DNA from: Nitrospinota bacterium
GTDB lineage: Bacteria; UBA8248
Direction: 5' to 3'
Length of the DNA stretch: 16,144 bases
Assembly (NCBI GenBank): GCA_046581755.1
Contig: JAYGFR010000352.1
Coordinates: 1 to 16,144, forward strand
In this document: piece after piece, positions 7,983 to 15,499 of the stretch
How the letters are laid out: each line of letters opens with the position of its first letter
How positions within the stretch are numbered: position 1 is the stretch's first letter
The notes under the pieces: generated by a model
Database searches by the model: none
The model's input: the letters and a program-made list of their open reading frames with translations, nothing else
What the model was told of the DNA's origin: nothing
Translations under genes and position numbers: made by a program

Positions 7983-10102
7983 TGGGCCCTCCCACGTCTG
8001 TTCATACTCTGGCCCTCCTGCCCTTCCAGGATAATATTGTTCCAGTCATCGAGATGAGCGCGCCAACCCGGTCGCACTACTGTGGTGGTGTCGTATTCCT
8101 CGACGATTAGGGGCCCCGCCGCGGACGTCTCGAAGAGCGCACGCCTGGGAACCACCGGGGTCCTCATCCAGCCGAACCGGGGTCCGAAGTATGCCCTGCG
8201 CTCACTGCGCTCCGCCACCACTTCCCGCGAGCGGGTGAGCCGCTCGGGCAATCTCGGCTTGCCGCCAAGGCCGCGGGCGATCACCTTGAAGGTGACGAAT
8301 TGCTGCGGTTCTCCCTCGGCGACGTGGCCGAAGGTGCGGCGATAGATCTCTTCAAAGGCGTGACCCACGGCGACAAGGCCCTCACGCGTCATCGGCGAGG
8401 TGGGAAGCGGTACGCTGAGCGTTGAACCCTGTCCGAAGTACTTCATTTCGGCCACAATCTCAATTTCCCGTTGATGCGCCTCGGAAAAGCCCTCGGATAG
8501 CAGGAGCGCATGGGCCTCCTCCACGAGGGGCCGTAACACGGCGTTCAACGCATCCGGCGCTGTTGCGTCGAGGCGTCGGTAGAAGGCCCGGATCAACGAG
8601 TGCTCCACGTCGGCGAACAGCAGCCCGAGCGCACTGAACAGCCCGGCGACAGGAGGAACTAAGACGCGCCTTATTTCAAAGGCTTCGGCAAGACTGGCTG
8701 CATGCACGCCGCCGTTGCCTCCCATGGCCATGAGCGTGAAGCGCGTAGGATCGCTGCCACGCTCGATGGACACCCCGCGCATGGCGCGCATCATGTTGGC
8801 ATTGACCAGCCGGTGGATCCCGTAAGCCGTGTCGGTGAGCGGCTGTCCGATTCGCTCACCGAGTGCCGCCAGAGTCCTCTCGGCCTTTTCAAAGTTCAGC
8901 TTCAGATCGCCGCCCACCAAGGCCTCCGGATTCAGATACCCGAGCGTCAAGTTGGCGTCGGTCACGGTCGGTTGCGTGCCTCCCCGGTCGTAACACACGG
9001 GACCCGGATCGGCACCCGCGCTGCGCGGTCCCACTTGGATGCCTCCCGCGACATCCACCGAAACGATGCTGCCGCCGCCTGCGCCCACCTCGACGATGTC
9101 GATGGTGGGCACCTGTACAGCATAGCCGGCTCCCTGGACGAGCCGCGTCCCCATCACAACCCCGCCGCCCACCTCCCCCTCGGGAAGGATGCTGAACCGC
9201 CCGTCCTCGATAATCGCTGCCTTGGCGGTAGTGCCGCCCATATCAAGGACCATCAGGTCAGCGAGGCCCTGGCGTTGGCCAATGCGCTGGGCGCCGACAA
9301 CTCCCGCCGCAGGGCCCGACTCGATGAGGTAGACAGGATTCTTAGCGACCAGGGTGGCCGGCAAGATACCGCCGCTCGACTGCATGATCATAAGTGGGAC
9401 GCGGATACCGAGCCTTCTCATCCGATCCGCAAGCGCGTTGACGTAGCCCTCCACCACAGGACGGATATAGGAATTGATGACCGTGGTGCTGGTGCGCTCA
9501 TACTCTTGGATCTGAGGCAGAAGCTGGGTCGAGGTGGAGATCGAAATACCCTGCAGCCGTTCCGAGAGATGGCGGGCCGCCATCGTCTCGTTGTCCGGGT
9601 TCACGTAAGCGTTGATGAAACAAATGGCGACGGCCTTGATGTCCTCCTCGGCCAGCCACTCGGCAACCCGGTCGAGTTCGGCCTGCTCCACCGGCCGCAA
9701 TACTTTTCCTTGAGCGTCCGTTCGCTCGTCCACCTCAAACCGGAGGCGCCTTTCCACGAGTGGCTCCGGCTTGCGAAAGCTGAGGTCGTAAAGGCGCGGC
9801 GCCCTGAACCGTCCCATCTCGAGGACGTCGCGGAATCCCTTGGTGGTAAGAAGTGCCACACGCACGCCGCGGCGTTCGATGATGGCGTTTGTGGCGATTG
9901 TGGAACCGTGGACGAACTCGCAAACCGACGAAGCAGTTATGCCCACTTCGCCGAGGAGGACCCGCACCCCCTCCTCGATTGCGAGACTGTAGTCGTCAGG
10001 TGTGGACAGAACCTTTCTGCTGAAAAGAGATCCATCGGAGCCCAGGAGAATGATGTCTGTGAACGTTCCTCCGATGTCAACGCCCAGTCTGTACTCGGTC
10101 AT
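7979..10102 (-). CDS. hyuA: Hydantoinase A/oxoprolinase family protein, copy 2, about 707 aa
   Basis: MTEYRLGVDIGGTFTD, HGSTIATN, EYERTSTT, ESGPAAG, DMGGTTAK and SAGADPGPVCY motifs. GGAG (10111-10114) upstream of ATG 10102. ATGA overlap with the B subunit (7979-7982). Confidence 0.93.
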   Translation of the reverse strand: MTEYRLGVDIGGTFTDIILLGSDGSLFSRKVLSTPDDYSLAIEEGVRVLLGEVGITASSVCEFVHGSTIATNAIIERRGVRVALLTTKGFRDVLEMGRFRAPRLYDLSFRKPEPLVERRLRFEVDERTDAQGKVLRPVEQAELDRVAEWLAEEDIKAVAICFINAYVNPDNETMAARHLSERLQGISISTSTQLLPQIQEYERTSTTVINSYIRPVVEGYVNALADRMRRLGIRVPLMIMQSSGGILPATLVAKNPVYLIESGPAAGVVGAQRIGQRQGLADLMVLDMGGTTAKAAIIEDGRFSILPEGEVGGGVVMGTRLVQGAGYAVQVPTIDIVEVGAGGGSIVSVDVAGGIQVGPRSAGADPGPVCYDRGGTQPTVTDANLTLGYLNPEALVGGDLKLNFEKAERTLAALGERIGQPLTDTAYGIHRLVNANMMRAMRGVSIERGSDPTRFTLMAMGGNGGVHAASLAEAFEIRRVLVPPVAGLFSALGLLFADVEHSLIRAFYRRLDATAPDALNAVLRPLVEEAHALLLSEGFSEAHQREIEIVAEMKYFGQGSTLSVPLPTSPMTREGLVAVGHAFEEIYRRTFGHVAEGEPQQFVTFKVIARGLGGKPRLPERLTRSREVVAERSERRAYFGPRFGWMRTPVVPRRALFETSAAGPLIVEEYDTTTVVRPGWRAHLDDWNNIILEGQEGQSMNRRGRAQ

Positions 10103-10351
10103 TCGTTGATCTCCGGACACCCGAATGATTTTCACCACGTGTCCTTGTTCAGCCTGAGCGGAGCTTCCATGACCCATTCGAGGGATCTACCCAAGGGAGG
10201 AAGAAAAAACTATGGGCAAATACAGTTAGCTTCACGGGAGGCTTAGCAAAACAGGATTACGGTGTAGCAAATTTCGGCAGTCAAAGAAAAATGGGAGCCT
10301 TGAGCAAGAGGGCTACATATTCCGCTGCATCCGAAAATGCACCGGGCATGT

Positions 10352-10981
10352 TCAAGCGTTGAACGGCACACCCGGTTCTATCGACGGCGCCGTCCCTCGT
10401 TCCTCGTGCCACTCTCTCCGCAGAATTTTCGCAGCCAAGAGATCGCAGTAACTCACCACCATGGCTTCCTTTGTCCGCCAGTTAATTACATTTCCTCCCA
10501 TAATGGTGTGTCCGGGGGGCAGCTCAATCTCTCCTTCCCAAGAGTGGAGCATGATGATGTGCGCCACATCATCGGGCAGACCGCATGAAAGGGCAATGTG
10601 AGCCCCCAACATCGAATGTCGAACGCGTTCGTTGGCGACCGGCACTCCATCCTTCATTCCAAACTCTACAATCTTGCCGAGGTCGTGGAGCAGGGCTCCC
10701 ACCAGAACGAGCTGCTCGTCAATCTCGTGGCCGAAAGACTTCATGACACGAACGGATTCTTGGCAGAGCTGAACCACCGTACGGCAGTGGTTGATGAAAT
10801 TTCCCATGGGCTTGTCAGTGATGAAAAGATTGGGAACTTCTCTGAGGTCGTCCCAGGAGCTCCGCTCCAGGGTCATTTGAAACGCATCGATGATCTTCTC
10901 ACGCACGGCGTGATCGGAGACCTGCTCAATTTCCGGAAAGCATTCCTCGATGTGGGCACGAATATCAGACGGCTTCGACAT
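10352..10981 (-). CDS. HD-domain metal-dependent phosphohydrolase, 209 aa
   Basis: H...HD...H...H...D pattern: NHCRTV, GALLHDLGK, RHSMLG, MLHS, YCDL. AGAGGA Shine-Dalgarno upstream. Confidence 0.88.
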   Translation of the reverse strand: MSKPSDIRAHIEECFPEIEQVSDHAVREKIIDAFQMTLERSSWDDLREVPNLFITDKPMGNFINHCRTVVQLCQESVRVMKSFGHEIDEQLVLVGALLHDLGKIVEFGMKDGVPVANERVRHSMLGAHIALSCGLPDDVAHIIMLHSWEGEIELPPGHTIMGGNVINWRTKEAMVVSYCDLLAAKILRREWHEERGTAPSIEPGVPFNA

Positions 10982-11107
10982 GATCTTTTCCTCTAAATCA
11001 ATAGATAAAAAGGACTCCCAGAGGATTTACGATTCCCTCTGACAATGAATGAGCGAATGGTTCGTCACTCCCTAGTCCTGCTGCTTAGAAGCAGTTCGCC
11101 TTGCCTA

Positions 11108-12319
11108 TCAAGGCCTTGTTGCAATCGCCTCACGAACGCGACGAACGGCCGTTTGTATGTCCTCCTCGGTCAGAGGGTCGCGGAAAGAAACCCTCATATA
11201 ACCTTCTCCCAGGTATGCGATACCCGGTGCGAATAAGACCTGTGCCTTTTCCAGTAGGTATTCAGAAAGCCACAAAGAGCTTGGGTCTACCTCGGAGGTA
11301 TCCACCGCGGCAGCAACACTTCCCTCTGGCCTGTATGCACGAAACCCCGGTATTTCATTCAATCCGTCCACCAAGATATCGCGCTTCTTCTGATGCCGTT
11401 GCCGCTGCTCTTCTAGCCAATCCTTCGGCCCACGCAAAATTTCTTCAGCGGCTACCTGTGTTATAGGCGGACAAAATTGAGCCAGCCAGAACATGAGTCG
11501 GTAAGCGCTTTGAATGAGATGCTCGTTTCCGATGATCCACCCGACACGATAGTCGAACATAGAAAGGCTCTTCGTTGCACCGGAGGATTTGATGGCAATG
11601 TCCTGCATCCCGGGCATCGACGAGATACTGATGTGCTTTCGGCCATCGTAAACAAGCTCCTCCCAGACCTCATCGGTCAAAATCAGAATGTTATGGCGTA
11701 ACGCCATGTCGCCCACACTTTTGAGCTCGTCTTCTGTCCAAACATGGCCCGTGGGGTTATGAGGCGTGTTGAGAACGATGGCCTTCGTTCTGGGGCCGAT
11801 GGACCTCTCCACTTCGTCGAGGTCCGGCGCAAATCCGTCGTCATCCGGAACATAATTCACATAGACGGGCTTTCCTCCCGCAAGTTTGACGATTTCATCC
11901 AGCGACAGAGAGGGACAGAAAACGATTATCTCATCGCCCGCATTCACGATGGCGTGCAGGATGAGGTAAAGGCATTGCATGGTACCCCCGCCCACGACAA
12001 GGACGTTTTTCTCGGGATCGATTTCGATGCCCCGCGCTTCCTTTTCTCGCTCAGCGATGGCCTCCCTCAGTCCGGGCGATCCCCGATAATCCTCATTCGG
12101 CGCCCCCCCGGCCTGGAGGGAATCGATCATCGCCTTCATGGCATGCTCAGGCGGCACGTTCAGACTTGCACCGGCCATGTTGATTACGGGCGCACCGTCT
12201 TTTTTCATCTTCTTGGCCTTCGCGTATAAATCAGCATGATGCTGGACCTTCGCCTTGATCGCTCGATCCGACGTGAAATAATCACTTGCCCAAAGATATG
12301 CGATCCGCCCGCGAACCAT
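11108..12319 (-). CDS. PLP-dependent class I/II (aspartate aminotransferase-like) enzyme, divergent, 403 aa
   Basis: GLREAIA, LNTPHNPTG, TDEVW, SGATKSLSMFDYRVGW (PLP lysine) and GYMRVSF motifs. AAGGAG Shine-Dalgarno at 12325-12330. Confidence 0.88.
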   Translation of the reverse strand: MVRGRIAYLWASDYFTSDRAIKAKVQHHADLYAKAKKMKKDGAPVINMAGASLNVPPEHAMKAMIDSLQAGGAPNEDYRGSPGLREAIAEREKEARGIEIDPEKNVLVVGGGTMQCLYLILHAIVNAGDEIIVFCPSLSLDEIVKLAGGKPVYVNYVPDDDGFAPDLDEVERSIGPRTKAIVLNTPHNPTGHVWTEDELKSVGDMALRHNILILTDEVWEELVYDGRKHISISSMPGMQDIAIKSSGATKSLSMFDYRVGWIIGNEHLIQSAYRLMFWLAQFCPPITQVAAEEILRGPKDWLEEQRQRHQKKRDILVDGLNEIPGFRAYRPEGSVAAAVDTSEVDPSSLWLSEYLLEKAQVLFAPGIAYLGEGYMRVSFRDPLTEEDIQTAVRRVREAIATRP

Positions 12320-12470
12320 TCACACTCCTTTTATCATTTCCTCTGAATCCAGCAGTTTCAACTAAATCCATTGCGGAAGAAGCTCAAGATAATCCTACGA
12401 GCCTTCTTCTTCACGGGAATAAACTACCAGGTCAAAGAAGAAATATTGTAAGGGCTCACATTCCATGCGC

Positions 12471-12500
12471 ACTGTACAATGAGGTATTCGTAATTGTCTA
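12471..12500 (-). promoter_or_regulatory. Possible sigma70-type promoter for the aminotransferase-HD unit
   Basis: Minus strand TAGACA-N18-TACAGT in an AT-rich intergenic region, immediately downstream of the 27-bp palindrome. Imperfect match. Confidence 0.3.
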
Positions 12501-12514
12501 CTAATTAGGACTTG

Positions 12515-12541
12515 GCATGGCGAATACCAAATTTGCCATGC
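12515..12541. promoter_or_regulatory. 27-bp palindrome, probable transcription-factor operator
   Basis: GCATGGCGAAT-accaa-ATTTGCCATGC, 11-bp arms with one mismatch. A related site lies at 13895-13928. Confidence 0.5.
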
Positions 12542-12749
12542 TCAGATCAATCAGCACATGGAAAATGACTTTGATTATGTTCATAAGATGGATCATGGCA
12601 CGCTTAAACCTGATCTGGCGACCTCGCCAAAATATTATTTTTGGAGGACTCAATTTTCCCGGAACACAGCCAGCATGGATGAGTGGAGAAATTTAAAAAA
12701 GGATTCTTACGCAGGGTTATTTTGATAGGGAAAATTCCGGTATCGATGC

Positions 12750-13673
12750 TTACACCATGGGGGGCGGATCTTCTTCGATGGCGGCCTCGGCGAAACGCAT
12801 ATCGAATCCCGCCTCATAGGGTATCCCTTTTCGAATCAAGCCCCCCGAAAGGCAGGACTCGCGGAGGCGCTCGAAACCCTCCCGCTCGAGGTAGGGCGTC
12901 TGGTTCCAGATGCCCAGCGCGAGATACCGCGCCAGCGCCTTCTCGAGGGTGGTTTCGGATAATTTGGGGAAATACGACCCGATCCGCCCGGCGAATTCCC
13001 CGGCGCTGTGGGCCGCAATCCATTTCTGGGTGCGGAACATGGCGCGCGTCATGCGGAGGAGGGTCTCCGGCTCGCGCTCCATGTAGGCGCGGGTGGTCGA
13101 AAAAACCGTATAGGTGGTCAGGCCGCGATCCGCCGCGGCGTACCAGACGTTCGCGCCGTCCTCCGCGATCAGTTCCTCGACAAGCGGCTCGAACACCTGA
13201 AGAGCGTCGATCTCTCCCGCCCGGAGGGCGGCGGCGTTTTCCGCCATAGTGCGGCCGGGAATCCGCCTCAAATCTCCCGGGTCCACGCCCGCCAGGCGCA
13301 GGTCGTGCTGGAGGCATATCCATGGGGTCGGCACCTCGCTGACCGTGGCCACCGCTTTCCCCCTGAGGCCCGCGAGGCCGCCCGAGGGGGCGGGGGGGCG
13401 CCCGATCAAAAAAAACGGATCGCGCGAAACCACCTCGCAGAAAGACACCAAGCCGCAATCCGGATCGGCATCGCCGGCGACCAGCACCCGCATGGGCCCG
13501 CCCCAGGAAACGTCCCCCTCCCCCGAGAGGAGCAAGTTCGCCCAATGCGTAGAAATGGGTGAGGTTTTGAGCTCGACGTCCAGGCCCTCGGCCGAATACG
13601 CGCCGAGGGCGAAGGCCGCATAAAACGGCGCGTAGAAAACCGCCCGAAAACTTTCGATGAGGGTGATCGCCAC
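12750..13673 (-). CDS. NMT1/THI5-like (SsuA/TauA-type) substrate-binding-fold protein, about 307 aa, GTG start
   Basis: FRAVFYAPFYAA, EGLDVEL, DVSWGGPMR, RDPFFLIGR and FEP motifs. AAGGAGG lies 6 nt before GTG at 13673. Confidence 0.85.
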   Translation of the reverse strand: MAITLIESFRAVFYAPFYAAFALGAYSAEGLDVELKTSPISTHWANLLLSGEGDVSWGGPMRVLVAGDADPDCGLVSFCEVVSRDPFFLIGRPPAPSGGLAGLRGKAVATVSEVPTPWICLQHDLRLAGVDPGDLRRIPGRTMAENAAALRAGEIDALQVFEPLVEELIAEDGANVWYAAADRGLTTYTVFSTTRAYMEREPETLLRMTRAMFRTQKWIAAHSAGEFAGRIGSYFPKLSETTLEKALARYLALGIWNQTPYLEREGFERLRESCLSGGLIRKGIPYEAGFDMRFAEAAIEEDPPPMV

Positions 13674-13894
13674 CGCAGTCCTCCTTTTGCCGGGTAGAGC
13701 CCCAAAGTAATGGGCCACGCCTTCGGCTACAACCCGCCGCAGGCCCGCCGGAAGACCGGTTTTCCGCCGGGTCTTAAAATTTTCCCTATTCCGTTACCAC
13801 CGGCGGAGGGCCAATTTACGAATTCGAGAGATCGAGGAGATCAAACCGTTCCCCATGCACCCTTGTCACATTGTCGAGGTCTGCTTCAAACACT

Positions 13895-13928
13895 CATGGC
13901 CACTTAATTAGTAATTTGCCATGCACAG
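13895..13928. promoter_or_regulatory. Second CATGGC...GCCATG operator-like site
   Basis: CATGGC-N17-GCCATG enclosing TAATTA. 13913-13928 matches 12530-12545 at 15/16. Confidence 0.45.
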
Positions 13929-14022
13929 GTACCCAAAGTTTTCTTTCACCAGCCGAAGTCCTGTTTCATAAACCAAATGTTGCTTGATTGGGAACTCACC
14001 ATACACATTCCGGCATTCAGCT

Positions 14023-15372
14023 TTATCCAGCAAGGCCAGTCAGGATATCTGCCAGTTCCTTCACCGGCATTTGCATTGATGCGCCCTCCAGCATCAGGGT
14101 GATGAGTTTATCGCGACGCTCACCCAGCACCGGCCCTGCCAGCGAGTGGAATTTAGCCTTCACCTCATCGGGCGTCGCTGGATTGCCCGGATTCCCACGG
14201 GCGATGGCAACGAATTGTTCGAGAGTCTGGCCTCCAGTGGTTTTCACGCGGACACGAGCCGATACCTCTGAGAGAGCGGGGTTTACCCGGATGCTCACCT
14301 TTTCCATGAGTGCGGCGAGGCCTGGAGATTGCAAGCGTCCGTCCTCGAAGTCGCTCGAGTCTCCGGTGGCGTTGCACAGACCCAGGGCTGTACAGTAGAC
14401 GAGACTGAATTTTGCCTCCAATCCAGTACGGGGACGTGGAATGCCCGCGACCTGCACCTGTCGGGGGTTCGCCTCCAATTCGACTTCTGCGATGGAATGA
14501 TCCTGAATGTGATGTGTCCGCCAAATCGCCCGCCCCCCTTCGAGGGCAGCCTGAGCCAAGGAGCAGCAGGCAGACAACTTGATGGCGATGTTGGAGATTT
14601 CCCAGCCTGCGTTCCCTCCAAAGGCGAGGGAAGCCGGATCGAAATTCTCACTGAACGCTGTGACAAAGTCGGATCCGGATGCGAATACATCATCCGGTCC
14701 GGAGTATCCTTCGCGGATAAGGAGGGAGGACAGGAGGCCGTTCATGGAGGCCTTTCCAGCGTTCAATGGCTTGGCCATATTTCCCGTGACCGCCTTCATG
14801 AATCCAGCCGCCTGCATGGCGGCCAGTCCTAGCACCTGGGCGATTTGGGTTGGCTGGAGGCCAAGGACGTGCGCTGCGCCTGCGGCCGCCCCCAGTGTTC
14901 CAACGGTGCCAGTCGGGTGCCATCCGCGCTGGACGTGGGAGCGGCCGAGAGCCAATCCCGCGTGGATGGCGATCTCCGCCCCCGCAACGTAGCCAGTGAG
15001 CAGATCGCGCATCGTTTTCCCCGTCAATTCCGCTGCTGCAAAAACGGCGGGGAGCACGGTCGCAGTCACGTGCATGGGCACGCCTTGATGGGTGTCGTCG
15101 TAGTCGAGAGTATGAGCGGAGACGCCGTTGAGGAGGGCGGCTTGAAGGGCACTGGCCCGGAGGGATCGCCCCCAGATGGACGCGAGCGGCGTGCCACCCT
15201 CCGCCGCGACAAGAGCCTGGACCAGCCTTGAACTGGGTTCGCGGCTGCCCTGGAGGGCTGCCCCGAGGGTGTCGAGAATACAAAGGCGCGCATGGCCGAG
15301 GACTTGGGACGGGATATCTTCCAGTGCCAAGGAAGCCACCTGTTCGGCTAAGTGCAGGGTCACGCTGGTCAT
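14023..15372 (-). CDS. MmgE/PrpD family protein, about 449 aa
   Basis: ILDTLGAAL, NGVSAHTLDYDDTH, RGWHPTGTVG, EAKFSLVY and RGNPGNP motifs. The ATG at 15372 was chosen on family length; the ATG at 15423 is an alternative. Confidence 0.9.
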   Translation of the reverse strand: MTSVTLHLAEQVASLALEDIPSQVLGHARLCILDTLGAALQGSREPSSRLVQALVAAEGGTPLASIWGRSLRASALQAALLNGVSAHTLDYDDTHQGVPMHVTATVLPAVFAAAELTGKTMRDLLTGYVAGAEIAIHAGLALGRSHVQRGWHPTGTVGTLGAAAGAAHVLGLQPTQIAQVLGLAAMQAAGFMKAVTGNMAKPLNAGKASMNGLLSSLLIREGYSGPDDVFASGSDFVTAFSENFDPASLAFGGNAGWEISNIAIKLSACCSLAQAALEGGRAIWRTHHIQDHSIAEVELEANPRQVQVAGIPRPRTGLEAKFSLVYCTALGLCNATGDSSDFEDGRLQSPGLAALMEKVSIRVNPALSEVSARVRVKTTGGQTLEQFVAIARGNPGNPATPDEVKAKFHSLAGPVLGERRDKLITLMLEGASMQMPVKELADILTGLAG

Positions 15373-15499
15373 GGTGGTGTCGGCGTCCGATTCACGCGGG
15401 GAAGTTTCGATGCAAGCATCCATTAGTCTATGATCAAACTGGATTCCCGGCAATTATGTCGGGTTGTGGCGGCTTCAAATCTGGGGGAGGTTTTTCATC

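Noticed and set aside
10193..10271. Plus-strand AAGGGAGG followed by mini-ORF MGKYS, and TAGCAAA repeated 21 bp apart
   Set aside because: Too short to tell from chance, and antisense to the surrounding transcription.
12512..12610. TGGCA motifs as sigma54 -24 elements
   Set aside because: None has TTGC at the required GG-N10-GC spacing on either strand.
12517..12725. Two 55-59 codon plus-strand ORFs in the AT-rich intergenic region
   Set aside because: No recognisable homology, and they overlap the operator-like motifs.
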